This document shows, in pieces, positions 1-13,431 of a stretch of DNA of 64,000 nucleotides. Each line of letters begins with the position of its first letter. Position 1 is the first letter of the stretch. The stretch lies in NCBI RefSeq assembly GCF_004010195.1, contig NC_057728.1, positions 42,993,040 to 43,057,039 on the forward strand, read 5' to 3'. This DNA comes from Chiloscyllium plagiosum. Taxonomy: Eukaryota. Under the pieces are notes generated by a model, which was given only the letters and a program-made list of their open reading frames with translations, was not told the origin of the DNA and did not search any database. The position numbers and the translations under genes were made by a program.

Positions 1-360
1 ACCCTGATTGTGTTGCGAATGCCCTGGCCAGGGCTGCGAGCGGCTGCTGAGGCCATAGCTCAGAGGTTGGCTGGTACCTGAATTGGCGTTATGCCGAAGC
101 CAGCATAAAGATCCACCAAGAGCAGGTCAGCACAACCAAACGATCCTCCAACATCCAATCACGATCCAGCGATGGTCTCCAGCAGCTCCGACGACTCGCA
201 GGACGATCCCCGTGGTTTCTCCCCCGCCAGCACACGTCCGCTGCGTCGAACCGACAGCACTCGAGCAGAATCTCTTCCTCTGGTCCTCAGGAACTACACA
301 TATTCCGAGCCAAAAGGCAAGGGCAACCTCCCATACCAAAGGCGATTGGTCACAATTAGG
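1..360 (-). mobile_element. 5' end (GC-rich 5' UTR and ORF1 start at 56) of an L1/Tx1-type non-LTR retrotransposon running off the window edge
   Basis: Minus-strand ATG at 56 gives MASAAARSPGQGIRNTIR, resembling the N-terminus of shark ZCCHC3-like/Tx1 ORF1 proteins as I recall them. The leader is CpG-rich, unlike its surroundings. Confidence 0.5.
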
Positions 361-2619
361 TATTTAATCAGGATGTTCTCAGTTACAGGGTCTGTGACTC
401 CTGACTAAGTGTGTGGAACTGCGACTCAACTGGGTTTGAGTCACAGAAAGTTTTGTGGTTCCATAGTGACCAGTCTGAGGAGTAGGATGAATGTGGACTG
501 GAAATGTACAGGGATCTGGGCACTTCTTACCGGGGGCTGTATATTTGGTCGATCAAGGGAGTGAGCCGTGGCTATTTCATTGGGTGAGTCCATAGTAAAG
601 TAAGGGGAAAGGGGAATGGGGACACAGGGAGCCACTGCTGTAGGAAGGAGAATTGTGAATTATTCAGAGTAATAGGCTGTGGGCTGTGGGGAAGGGAGTG
701 ATGACAACTGTGAAGGAAGGCAACAATATCTGTAAGGTGGGGGCAAAGTAAACCACGGATATGCATGGACTCATGGGAATGGGTGTTTGTCCTTAGTCGG
801 TAGTTCTCTGGCTTCAGTGGGAGGTCACATATGGCTTGGGCATCTCAAATGCCAGGGCTGTGGGTGACAATGGTGGGCAGGGCCAGGCTCATATAGCCAG
901 GTTGGGTGGGGACCTGGGGAGTTGTGAAGCCAATGAGGTTAACAAAAAGGGTGACTAGAATCTGGATATTCACGGTCTCTCTGAGGCAGAGTCTGCAGGC
1001 CACTGACCACCATCTCTTCCCATCGTGCTGAAAATCAAAAATATACAATAGGAAGGAAAATGGCTGAAACCACACTTAGAGATTGGCGAATCAAACTATG
1101 GGGGAGAGGGCTGTAAGTCCAGGCTCTTTAAAGGGAGTAACACACAGACTCATGTACTGCTCAGGACACAGCCCTGCGGGTTCCTAATTTCAGGCCTTTC
1201 TAATGCATTCTCTCCTTGCCCCATTTTTGGGCACATAAGCCAGGGAAAGTGAAGTAATTTTGAAGGGGAAACAGGACCCATTGTCCTATACATGCATTAT
1301 TCATCTGGCTTCCACATGCTACAGCTCAGATATCAATCCATGGCATATCCTGTATTGACGTGAAGTTAGGTATCATGGCAGTACAGTTAGGTTTAGGGCT
1401 ACAGAGAGACTCAAACACACAAATCAAAACACTGAACCTTATGCAAACATGAGAATTCATATGTAGTGCATAGTCACTGTAAGTGGCCTCAATAGGTTTT
1501 CTTCTTCCTCCCCTCCCACTATGTCTAAGTGTCATACCTAGTCCTGCAGCTGGGGTGGAGAGACACTGCTTGGCAATGGAGCACATTATCCCTTGAGGTT
1601 TGATCAGGCAGATCGCAGGGGCTTCAGTGACTGGATGTCCCAGATATACCAGGGCTCTTATCAGAGGCTAATGAAACCTCCTTGGCTATAAGTTCGAAGG
1701 TTTGGAGGGGGCCCTGTTAGTGTAGAGGTGTAGGACCTGGCCACCTAACATAAAACATGGGTGATGATCCTATTGAAGGCTATAGAAGACTGGAAGGGCC
1801 AAATGGTCTACATCTGCTCCTATTTCTCCTGTAGTTAGATACCAAATTCTGTGCTATCAAAATTGCAATGCTATTTGAATGGTGAAAAATGTAAACAGAG
1901 CTTGGGGTCTTTTTTACTTTGAAACAACTCTTACATTGTTTAATTTAACATAATGCAAAATACAGTGGAGGGTCAGTCAGCTGACCCTTGGGTCTACTTC
2001 TAAAGGTTATCTGGTCACGAATAAATCATCATTAACGTTTATAGTTAGACACCTAAAAACATCCAAGTGATAACTTATCGGCTTTTCATCAGCTAATGCC
2101 TGTTGGAAATTTAGAAAATATGTTGCTAATATCCAAACATCGAAAAAAATTCAAAGCAAGACTCTTTACTTATCAAACAGCAGCATCTAAAACTCCATAG
2201 GTATTGCAGGTCGTGGTACTCCACTAGAATAAATGTTGTATTTAATTCTATCAGCATATGCTAGAGGTATCGCTCCAGCAGAAATAATGATGGTATTCAT
2301 CCTTACATTGTACAACAAGTTTATATTTGCCTCAAGAAGATAATTTTGCTCAATTAAGTGGAGGAATTTGTTTATTGAAAACATGGCTCTAGGTGCGGTT
2401 GGAAATAGTGAAAGAAATTATTCTGAGTATTATAATAGATTTGTCATAATAAAAACGTGATATTTTAAATGAGGAACCACAAAGATATGTTCTGAACGGT
2501 CATGTCAGACTCAAAATGTTAACTCTGTTTCTCTCTCCATGGATGCCACCAGACCTGTTGAACTTCTCCAGAGGCTTCAGTGCTTTTTTTTCTAACTTCC
2601 AGCATCCACAGTATTTTAT

Positions 2620-3730
2620 TTTTATTACAATAAGGATCTCCATGCAGGCAGTGAAGAAGGAAAAAGATATGTTGGCCTTTATAGCGTGAAAATTCAATAG
2701 ATGTAACAGTGTTTTGCTGGAATTGTACAGGCTCTTGGTGAGAACACAGGCGGAGCATTGTGGAGTATTTTGGTCACCTTATCTGAGGAAGAATTTTCTG
2801 GCTATGGAGGGAGTGCAACACAGGCTTTCCAAACTGATTCATAGAGTCGAGAGTGTGGTGCTGGAAAAGCACAGCCAGTCAGGTAGCACCTGAGGAGCAG
2901 GACAATCGGAGTTTTGAGCATAAGCCCTTCTTCAGGAATGGCCTGGACTTACGCCTGAAATGCCAATTCTCCTGCCTTTGGATGCTGCCTGACTGACTGT
3001 GCTTTCCAGTACCACACTCTCAACTCTGATCTCCAGCATCTGCCATCCTGTCTTTCTCCTGATTCCTAAGATAGCAGGACTGAAATATGAGGAGACTGAA
3101 TCAGTTAGGATTACATTCACTGGAGTTTAGAAGAATGAGAGGATCTCCTCGAAACCTATAAAAATCTAAAAGGACTAGATAGGATAAATGTAGGAAGAAT
3201 GAGCAGAAATTGCCGGAGAAACTCAGTAGGTCTAGCAACATCTGTAGAAAAAAAGACTTTTTTCCAAACCCTGGGTCAATGGACTTGAAACATTCACTCT
3301 GGTTTTTGCTCCACAGATGTTGCCAGACTTGCCAAGTTTTTCCAGCAATTTCTGTTTACGTTTCAGATTTCCAGCCTCTGCTGCTTTGTTTCATTATAAA
3401 TTTGGGAAGGATGTTCCCAATAACCAGGGAGTCCAGAACCAGAGGTCAATTTAAGGATATGGTGTAAGTCATTTAGCAACAAGACGAGGAAATGTTTCTT
3501 CATCCAGACTGTGGTGAGCCTGTGGAATTCTCTGTCGCAGAAAGTGGTTGAGGGCAAAACATTGAATATTCTAAAAAAGGAATTAGACATCGTTCTTAGG
3601 GCTAAAGGGATCAAAGGGCTTGGGGAGAAAGTAGGTACAGGGTAGTGAGTTGGATGATCATTTTGAATGGAAGAGCAGATTAAAAAGGGCCAAATGGCTT
3701 ACTTCATCTCCTATTTTCCAAGTTTCTATG
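2620..3730 (+). mobile_element. Old CR1 LINE 3' fragment (RT C-terminus and 3' tail), interrupted by two Penelope-terminal-repeat hairpins (about 2843-3060 and 3200-3400)
   Basis: Degenerate LVRTQ.EHC...WSPYLRK and RVVSLWNSL-type motifs, and a CR1 tail (gggccaaatggcttact...tttctatg). Confidence 0.75.
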
Positions 3731-4592
3731 ACTACTATATCATAAATGCTGGTAAGATAAGATTAGCTATTCAGAATAATTTTATCGTGTTTAATCCTCG
3801 TCATAGATAAAACTGAGCTAGACCATAGGCAGGAAAATGCATGAGAACAATTGCAGTAGTTTATATAATATTTTGAGGCTGCTCCTTGGGTTTAACACAC
3901 GACATGGTCAGAGTAGATATTTTCTCATCAGCCTGTTTGGAGATGTTATTAATCATCTCAGGAGCAGGTGGGACTGAAACCCGAGAATCCTGGATTAGGA
4001 TTAAGGGATGAATTCTTGCAGCTTTTAATGCAGGGTTGCATAAAAATGGCTTGGTGGAAAACAACCTGATTTAGCCATTAGGTATTGCTGTATTAGAGAG
4101 GATGGAATCTCAGCAATACAAAATACCATAACAGCATTATGGATATGTATAAAGGGGTCTTTCAAAACAATGTAACACATCACCTAATTTTGGGACAATA
4201 GTGAGGAAGAAAATTTACAATGGATTTTAATTTGCCACAAAAATTGTACAAAGGCATGACAAAAGCTTAATCCTAGTTTTTGTCGCTTCTCTAGCAACAT
4301 TCTGACTGAAGAACAATACAGTAAGAGCTGACTCAGAGTAGCAGTGGGAGGGAAGCAGATCGAACTCAGTTGGAGCAGGAGAAAGAGAGGATTGAGATCA
4401 GTTAGAGAGGGAGAAGAAGCAGATTGAGCTCAGTCAGAGAGGGAGAGGATCAAGTTCAATCAGAGAGGGAGAAGGAGAGTATCGAGCTCAGTCAGAGAGG
4501 GAGAGGGAGAGGATTGACCTTAGTCAGAGAGGGAGAAGGACAGGACCGTGCTCAGTCAGAGAGGGAGAGGAGGCGGATCGAGCTCAGTCTGC

Positions 4593-4885
4593 TGTGAGGA
4601 TGTGGGCGTTGGAACCTTTAAGAAAGTTAAAAGCTAGCAGAACTACCTGACAGCATCAAGTGTTCTGAACAAGATATAAGTTAACATTTTGGTCCAGCAG
4701 CTTATGTAGTTGATTGTCTGGAGACAAAAACAAATTTGAATTAGGCCAATCAGTTTAAGATATATGCCAAACAAAAAAAAACCAAACTCCAATCAAGTTT
4801 GAATTTTGTATATTGACAATATTAAAAAACAATGACATAATCCGATGCTTTGGGGGTATAAGATCGTGAAAACATGAACGGTTGA
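4593..4885 (+). mobile_element. Truncated LTR (5'/U3 portion), same family as the solo LTR at 60705
   Basis: Shares taagaaagttaaa..gcagaactacctgacagca..agtgttctgaacaaga and downstream blocks with about 60710-60985, and stops shortly after the gggtataaga TATA-like motif. Confidence 0.8.
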
Positions 4886-4950
4886 GAGGAGAGGGAGAGG
4901 ATCGAACTCAATCAGAGAGGGAGAGGGAAAATTTCAAGCTCAGTCAGAGC

Positions 4951-6215
4951 TAGAGTCATAGAGATGTACAGCCAGATGTACAGGAAACAGACCCTTCGGT
5001 CCAACTCGTCCATGCCAACCAGATATCCCAACCCAATCTTAGTCCCACCTGCCAGCACCTGGCCCATATCCCTCCAAGCCCTTCCTGTTCATATAACCAT
5101 CCAGATGCCTTTTAAATGTTGCAATTGTACCAGCCTCCACCACTTCTTCTGGCAGCTTATTCCATACATGTACCACCCTCTGCGTGAAAAAGTTGCCCCT
5201 TAGGTCTTTTTAATATCTTTACCCTCTCACCCTAAACCTATGCTCTCTAGTTCTGGACTCCCCCACCCTACACCCATGCGGACCAGAGATCCCAACCCAA
5301 TCTAGTCCCACCTGCCAGCACCCGGCCCATATCCAACAGTGGCCTAACCAATGTCCTGTACAGCTGCAACATGACCTCCCAACTCCTGTACTCAATACCC
5401 TGACCAATAAAGGAAAGCATACCAAATGCCTTCTTCACTATCCTATCTATCTGTGACTCCACTTTCAAGGAGCTATGAACCTGCACTCCAAGGTCTTTTT
5501 GTTCAGCAACACTCCCTAGGACCTTACCATTAAGTGTATAAGTCCTGTTAAGATTTGCTTTCCCAAACTGCAGCACCTCACACTTATCTGAATTAAACTC
5601 TATCTGCCTTTTCTCAGCCCATTGGCCCATCCGGTCAAGATCCCGTTGTAATCTGAGGTAACCTTCTTCGCTGTCCAATACACCTCCAATTTTGGTGTCA
5701 TCTGCAAACTTACTAACTGTACCTCTTATGCTCACATCCAAATCATTTATATAAATAGCGAAAAGTAGTGGACCCAGCACCAATCCTTGAGGCACTCAAC
5801 TGGTCACAGGCCTCCAGTCTGAAAAATAACCCTCCACCATTACCCTCTGTCTTCTACCCCTGAGCCAGTTCTGTATCCAAATGGTTAGTTCTCCCGGTAT
5901 TTCATGATATTTAACCTTGCTAACCAATCTCCCATGGGAAACCTGGTTGAACACTTTAGTGAAGCCCATATAGATCATGTCCACCGCTCTGCCCTCGTCA
6001 ATCCACTGTCATTTCTTCAAAAAAAGCTCAATCAAGTTTGTGAGTCATGATTTCCTACACACAAAGCCATGTTGACTATTCCTACTCAGTGTTTGCCTTT
6101 CCAAATACATTTACATCCTATCCCTCAGGATTCCCTCCAACAACTTGCCCACAACTGACGTCAGGCTCACTGGTCTACAGTTCCCTGGCTTGTCCTTACC
6201 ACCCTTCTTCAACAA
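4951..6215 (-). mobile_element. 5'-truncated CR1 LINE (RT fragment and 3' tail)
   Basis: ORFs 5268-5795 (PQGLVLGPLLFAIYINDL...KFADDTK) and 5796-5984; tail ...atctctatgactcta. Confidence 0.95.
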
Positions 6216-7499
6216 GATGGAGAGGGAGTGGATCAAGCCCAGTTGGAGAGAGAGAAGGAGAGGATCGAGCTGAGTTGGAGAGAGAGAAGAAGAGGGAGAG
6301 ATTGAGCTCAGTTGGAGAGGGAGAGGGAGCGGATTGAGCTCAGTTGGAGAGGGAGAAAAAGAGGATCAAACTCAGTTGGAGAGCGAGATGGAGAGGCAGA
6401 GTATTGAGCTCAGTCAGAGAGGGAAAAGGAGAGGCAGAGGATCGAGCTCAGTTGAAGAGGGAGATGGTACGGGAGAGGCTCAAGCTCAGAGTGGGAGAAA
6501 GAGTGAAACGAGCTCAGTCAGAGAGGGAGAGGATCAAGCTCAGTCAGAGAGGGAGAGGATCAAGCTCAGTCAGACAGGAAGAAGGAGAAGATCGAGATAA
6601 GTCAGAGAGGAAGGAGAAGATCGAGCTGCATCGGAGAACGAGAAAGAGAGGGAGAGTGAGAGGGAGCAGATCAAGCTTAGCCAGACAGCGAGAGTGTGAG
6701 GATCGAGTTCAGTCAGAGAGTAAGAGGGAAAGGATCGAGCTCAGTTGGAGAGGGAGAGGATTGAGTTCAGTCAGAGAGTGAGAAGGAAAGGATCTAGTCA
6801 GAGAGGGAGAGGATCGAGCTCACTCAGAAAGGGAGAGAGCAGATCGAGCTCAGTTGGAGAGCGAGAAGGACAGGGAGTAGGATCAAGCTCAGTTTGAGAG
6901 GGAGAGAGAGAAAATCAAGCTTAGTCAGAGAGTGAGAAGGAGAGGATCGAGCTCAGTCAGAGAGGGAGAAGGAGAGGATTGAGCTCAGTCAGAGAGGGAG
7001 AGGGAGAGGATCGAGCTCAGTCAGAGAGGGAGAGGGAGAGGGAGAGGATCGAGCTCAGTCAGAGAGGGAGAGGGAGAGGGAGAGGATCGAGCTCAGTCAG
7101 AGAGGGAGAGGGAGAGGGAGAGGATCGAGCTCAGTCAGAGAGGGAGAGGGAGAGGGAGAGGATCGAGCTCAGTCAGAGAGGGAGAGGGAGAGGGAGAGGA
7201 TCGAGCTCAGTCAGAGAGGGAGAGGGAGAGAATCGAGCACAGTTGGAGAGGGAGAGGATTGAGCCCAGTCAGAGAAGGAGAGGGAGAGGATGGAGCTCAG
7301 TCAGAGAGGGAGAGGATTGAGCTCAATTTGAGAGGGAGAGAGAAAGGATCAAGCTCAGTTAGAGAGGGAGTGAGAAAGGATCAAGCTCAGTTAGAGAGGG
7401 AAAAGGAGAGGGAGAGGATCGAGCTCCATCAGAGAGAGGGAGCGGATTGAACTCAGGCAGAGAGGGAGAGGGAGAGGGAGAGGGAGAGGGAGAGGGAGA

Positions 7500-9171
7500 A
7501 GCAGTGGGTTTAGCCTTAACTGAATCTGGAGGCAGAACTCTTGACATGCTGTCAGGATTCAAATGTTACATAGGGCAAGAGGATTGGCTATTTATGAACC
7601 AGTTTTAGAGACTGAGTGAGTATCACAGAAAGGGAGACAGAATAATGTCTTTACTTTTGTATTTTGTACTTTGTTAGGAATAGATAGACAGAGACAGTGG
7701 AAGAGAGAGAAGTCTGATTTTGGTATGTAGTGGATAAGGTTAAGTGATTGTTTCCTACTTTATTGTTTGTAGTTGGCAGGAACACACTGGCCAATGAAAC
7801 ACTCCTCCCGCAATATGTGGGAAGTCAGGAACATGACCAGTGTCCATGGTGACCGTGCATGCAGAAAGTGTGCTAAAGCTCTCCCTCTACCTCCCTCTAC
7901 TGCATGGTGTAGCTGGAACTGCAGCTGGTCTCAGGATGGAGCATCTGTGATGTTGGGAATGTCATGGATAGCATGTTTAGGAGCTGGCCATGCCACAAAT
8001 AAGGACTACACATTACAGAAAGGTTGGTGAACCACAAGGAAGTATGTGCAGTCAGAGCAAGAGCCCATTGTGGTCATGCCTCTCTCAAACAGATATACCA
8101 TTTTAGAATAATGTTTTTTGGGGATGTGTGGGGCATTCTCAGGTGAAAACAGCAATAGCCAAGTTTGTGGTACCACAGTTGGCTCTGCTGCACAGCAGGG
8201 AAGGAGAAAGACTGGGAGAGCTTTCGTGATTGGGGGTTCAATTATCAGGGGGAACTAACAGGCCATTCTGTGACAGTAAACAAGACTCTCAAATGGTATA
8301 TTACCTCCTTGTGGCAAGTTCAGGGATATCTCAGAATATCTGCACAGCATTCTGATCGAACAGCCAGCAGTCATGATACATGTCAGTACCAATGACATGG
8401 GTAAAAAAGAAATGAAGTATTAGCAGGAATTGAGAGAGTTAGCAAGTAGACTAAAGAGGAAGACCACTAAGGTTGTGCATTAATTCCATTGCAACTATTA
8501 CAGCAGGAAGATAGGTCAGATGAATATGTGACTAAAGAGATGGTCGAGGAGGAAGGTTTTTAGGTTTTTGGATTATTGGGACAACTTCTGGAGTACCTAT
8601 ACAAGCTGGATCAGTTGCATCTGATCTTGCTGGGAGATTTGCTTGTGCTAATTGGGGAGGTTTTAAACTGAATTGGCAGAATGATGGGGCACAGACTAGC
8701 ATAAAGTCAGGAGCAAGGACCAATTAGATATGAAGGGAATGTGAAGACAGCCCAGTACGTGGAGAAGACCTGGGCAGGATAAGACATATAGAAGGTCTAG
8801 AAAGCTAAATTATATCTATTTTAATCAAAGGAGCTTGACTGGTAAAGTGGATGAACTTTGAGCATTGATCAGCATGTGGGTATTTGATATTGTTGTAATC
8901 ACAGGGATGTGTTTAAAGGAATGCCAGGGCTGGCGGCTGAATATTCCAAGATTTAGAGGTTTCAGGTATGATAGGGGGAGATATAATGGAGGTGGTGCAT
9001 TGCATTATTGATAAAGGAAACCATCACTGCAGTAATCAGACTGGATGTCCAAAAATGGTCTTCAAATGAAGCCATCGGAGTAGAACTTATAAATAAAGAA
9101 GGGGCAATTACTTTTCTGGGATTATAATACAGGCCTCCCAACAGTCAGAGGGAGGTGTAGTAATGTAGGCA
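7500..9171 (+). mobile_element. Old CR1 'A', 5' part: ORF1 remnant (zinc finger, SGNH-esterase-like region) and start of the endonuclease
   Basis: MWEVR...ACRKC near 7815-7870, VIGGSIIRG near 8226, endonuclease YFN.RS and YRPPNS-like motifs at 8815-9145; many stops. Confidence 0.75.
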
Positions 9172-9747
9172 CTTGGTTTTAGAGGTTTAGATGGAGTAGA
9201 ATTTATAAGGAGCATGAAGGTGAGTTTTCTAGATCAGTATGTAAACAGTCCAACTCGGGAAGGGGCTATACTGGACCTGGTGCTGGGGAATGAATCTGGC
9301 CAGGTGGTTGAAGTTTCAGTATGGGATTACTTTGGGATAGTGATCACAATTTCGTATGTTTTAGAATACACATGGACAAGGACGCAAGTGGTCTTTAAGG
9401 AAGAGTGTGAAACTGGGGAAGGCCAACTATACCAAAATTCGGCAGGAACTGGGGAATGTGGATTGGAAGTAGCTGTTTGAAGATAAATCCACATTTGATG
9501 TGTGGAAGGCTTTTAAAGAGAGGTTGATTAGAGTGCAGGACAGACATGCCTTTGCAAAAATGAGTGGTAGAAATGGCAAGATTAGGGAACCATGGATCAC
9601 AGGTGAAAATGTGAGACTAGCTAAGAGGAAAAAGGAAGCATACATAAGGTCTAGGAGACTGAAAACAGACAAAGCTTTGGAAAAATATCGGAAAATTAGG
9701 ACCAATCTGAAACAAGGAATCAAGGGGGCCAACATGGTTAAAGAAAA

Positions 9748-10053
9748 TTAGATTAGATTCCCTACAGTGTGGAAACAGGCCCTTTGGCCCAACCAGTACA
9801 CACCGACTCTCCGAAGAGTAACCCACCTAGACCCACTTCCCTCTGACTAATGCACCTAGCACTATGGGCAATTTAGCATGGCCAATTCACCAGACCTGCA
9901 CATCTTTGGACTGTGGGAGGAAACTGGAGGAAACCCACACAACAGGGGGAGAATGTGCATGCTCCACACAGACAGTCACCCGAGGCTGGAATCAAATCTG
10001 GGATCCTGGTGCTGTGAGGCAGCAGTGCTAACCACTGAGCCACCATGCTACCC
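9748..10053 (-). mobile_element. tRNA-derived HE1-like shark SINE
   Basis: Minus strand begins gggtagcatggtggctcagtggttagc (A box), has a B-box-like motif, and ends in a CR1-like tail with (aatct)n. Confidence 0.9.
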
Positions 10054-10985
10054 ATTCCCAAAACTTTTTATTCATAAATAAGAAACAAGAGGGTAGCTAG
10101 AGAAAGGGTTGGCCCACTCAAGGGCAAAGGAGGAAAGTTGTGTGTGGAGTCAGAGAAAATTGCAGAGATGCTTAACGAGTACTTTGCATTGGTATTCACC
10201 GAAGAGAGGGACATGACGGATGTTGAGGTTAGGGATAGATGTTTGATTACTCTAGATCAAGTCAGCATAAGGAGGAAGGAAGTGTTCGGTATTCTAAAAG
10301 GAATTAAGGTGGACAAGTCCCCAGGTCAATCAATCGCATGTTACTAAGGGAAGCGAGAGAGGAAATAGCTGGGGTCTTAACAGATATCTTTGCAACATCC
10401 TTGAACACGGGTGAGGTCCCTGAGGATTGGAGAATTGCTAATGTTATCCTCTTGTTTAAGAAGGGTAGCAGGGCTAATCCAGGTAATTACAGACTGGTGA
10501 ATCTGACATTAGTAGTAGGGAAGCTGCTGAAAGCCTACAGAAGAATAGGATCTATTCCCATTTGGAAGAAAAAGGGCTTATCACTGATAGGCAAAATGAT
10601 TTTGTGCAGGGAAAGTCATGTCTTACCAACTTTATAAAATTCTTTGAGGAAGTGACAAAGTTGATTGCTAACAGAAGGGCTGTAGATATCATACACATGG
10701 ACTTCAGTAAGGTGTTTGATAAGGTTCCCCATACTCGGCTGATGGAGAACGTGAAGTTGCATGGGGTCCAGGGTGTACTTGCTAGATGGATAGAGAACTG
10801 GCTGGGTAACAAGAGTCAGAGAGTAATAGTGAAAGGGAGTTTCTCAAAATGGAGAACTATGACCAAAGGTGTTCCATATGGAACCATGCTACTACCATAG
10901 TTTGGAGATACTGGTGTTGGACTGGGGTGTCCAAAGTTAAAAATCACACAAGTCCAGGTTATAGTCCAACAGGTTTAATTGGAAG

Positions 10986-11020
10986 CACTAGCTTTCGGAG
11001 CACCACTCCTTCATCAGGTG
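10986..11020 (-). ncRNA. Minimal hammerhead ribozyme motif (inverted copy)
   Basis: Minus strand CAC-CUGAUGA-A-GGAGU-GGU-GCUCC-GAA-AGCU-A/GUG. Confidence 0.75.
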
Positions 11021-13431
11021 GTTATGGAGGACACAATTGTAAGACACAGAATTGAGAGCAAAAGTTTACAGTGTGATGTAACTGAAATTATACATTGAAA
11101 AATACCTTGATTGTTTGTTGAGTCTTTCATCTGTTCGAATACCATGATAGTTTCATTTCTATCATATATAAATCACCAAACTTTTAAAAAAGAATTACAT
11201 TCTCAGGTGAACTGTAACAATTGGTGTTAGCCAGATAATATGTTGAAGGTGTTAGGCCCCTGTGTTCTCTGTCTGTGCCATAATGTTTAAACTGATTCTA
11301 ATCCAAAAAGTGAGTTAACAGAGTCTTACATGAATTCATGCAGATTTTGAGCAAAGTACAATGTAACTCTGCAAGTACAAATTCACCCCACAACACGACA
11401 CTACAGATTGCTTACAGAAGCTCAGCACCCACGGTCCAGTCGAACCGGGAACATTCCTCGTCGACGTGTCAGCACTCTACACCAGCATCCACCATAATGA
11501 CGGTATCGCGGCAACAGCCTCAGTACTCAACACCAACAACTGTCAATCTCCGAGCACCGTCCTACAACTCATCCGCTTTATCCTCGATCACAACGTCTTC
11601 ACTTTTGACAACCAGTTCTTCATCCAGTCACATGAAACAGCCATAGTGAACAAATCTGCACCCCAATATGCCAACATCTTCATGCACAGGTTTGAACAAG
11701 ACTTCTTCTCTACGCAGGACCTCCAACCAACATTATATACCAGATACATTGAGGATATTTTCTTCCTCTGGACCCATGGTGAGGAGTCACTGATAAAACT
11801 ACACAGTGACATCAACAAGTTTCATCCCACCATCAAACTCACCATGGACTACTCTCGACTATCTGTCTCATTCTTGGACACATGCATCTCCATCAGGACG
11901 GACACCTCAGCACCTCACTCTACCGCAAACCCACAGACAACCTCACAATGCTACACTTCCCCAGCTTCCACCCAAAACATATTAAAACAGCCATCCTCTA
12001 TGGACAAGCCCTACACATACACCGGATCTGCTCAGATGAGGAGGAACATGACAGACACCTGGAAGTACTCAGGGATGCCCTCATAAGAATGGGGTACGAT
12101 GCTCAACTCATCGACCGCAGTTCCGACGTCCCACAGCGAGGAACTGTAATGATCTCCTTAGGAGACAGACATGGGCTGCAACTGACAGGGTGCCCTTTGT
12201 TGTCCAGTACTTCCCAGGAGCTGAAAAACTACGCCATGTTCTTCGTGACCTGCAATACATTGTCAATGAGGGTGAACACCTCACCAAGATCTTCCCCACA
12301 TCTCCACTGCTCACCTTTAAACAACCGCCAAACTCAAACAGATCATTGTTCGTAGCAAGCTGCCCGGCTCTCAGGACAACTCCATACAACCCTGTCATGG
12401 TAGGCGCTGCAAGATGTGTCAGAGTGTGGACGTGGATACCACCATTTCACGTGGGGACACCTCCCTTGTACATGGCAGGTACTCATGTGACTCAGCCAAC
12501 GTTGTCTATCTTATACGTTGCAGGCAAGGATGCCCTGAGGCATGGTACATTGGGGAAACTGAGCAAAGGCTACAGCAACGGATGAATGGGCATCGCACAA
12601 CAATCAACAAACAGGAGGGTTCCCTCCCAGTTGGGGAACACTTCAGCGGTCCAGGACATTCGACCTTGGAATTTCAGGTGACCATCCTCCAAGCCGGACT
12701 TCGGAACAGGCAACAGCGAAAAGTGCCTGGGCAGAAGCTGATAGCTAAGTTCTGTACCCATAGGGAGGGCATCAATTGGCACCTGGGGTTCATGTCACAC
12801 TACAGGTGACCACCATTGCACTATACAAAACACACAGACACACATACACACACACAGGCACTCCTATACACACATACACACGGACACGTATACACAGACA
12901 CTCACACACACCCCTACAGACACACACACTTCCACATGCACCCCCTCACAGACTTAGACACTCTACACTCACATACACATATACACTCTCACACTCACAA
13001 TTGCCCACCCCAGACAGACACACAGACAAAAACCCACATGCACACATATACATATATGCTTGTGGGGTGAATTTGTACTTGCAGAGTTACATTGTACTTT
13101 GCTCAAAAACTGCATGAATTCATGTAAGACTCTGTTAACTCACTTTTTAGATTAGAATCAGTCTAAACATTATGGCACAGACAGAGAACACAGGGGGCTA
13201 ACATCTTCAGCATATCATCTGGCTGCCACCAATTGTTACAGTTCACCTGAGAATGTAAGTTTTAAAAAAAAGTTTTATGATTTACAAATGAAAGAAGTAA
13301 AACCATCATGATATTCGAACTGATGAAAGACTCAACAAACAATCAAGGTATTTTCCAATGTATAATTTCAATTACATCACATGTAAACTTTCGCTATAAA
13401 TTCTGTGTCTTACAATTGTATCCCCCATAAC

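Larger units (their letters stand above)
4330..7500. repeat. Purine-rich minisatellite, unit GAGGATCGAGCTCAGTCAGAGAGGGA+(GAGGGA)n, in blocks at about 4330-4590, 4885-4950 and 6215-7500
   Basis: Directly visible tandem units, most homogeneous at about 6990-7230 and interrupted by an LTR fragment and a CR1. Confidence 0.95.

Noticed and set aside
1600..1750. Possible retroviral integrase C-terminus on the minus strand (RWPGP.., PWYIW..LKP)
   Set aside because: Motifs are short, lie in different frames and have no supporting pol, env or LTR context.
6334..7450. Several R/E/G/S-rich ORFs of 60-145 aa
   Set aside because: They are translations of the stop-poor minisatellite in multiple frames, not genes.
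6215..7500. CRISPR-like appearance (constant core plus variable spacers)
   Set aside because: The spacers are only (GAGGGA)n variants, the context is vertebrate and there are no cas genes.
12776..13117. His/Thr-rich ORFs
   Set aside because: CA-rich microsatellite-like tract of the Penelope 3' region.
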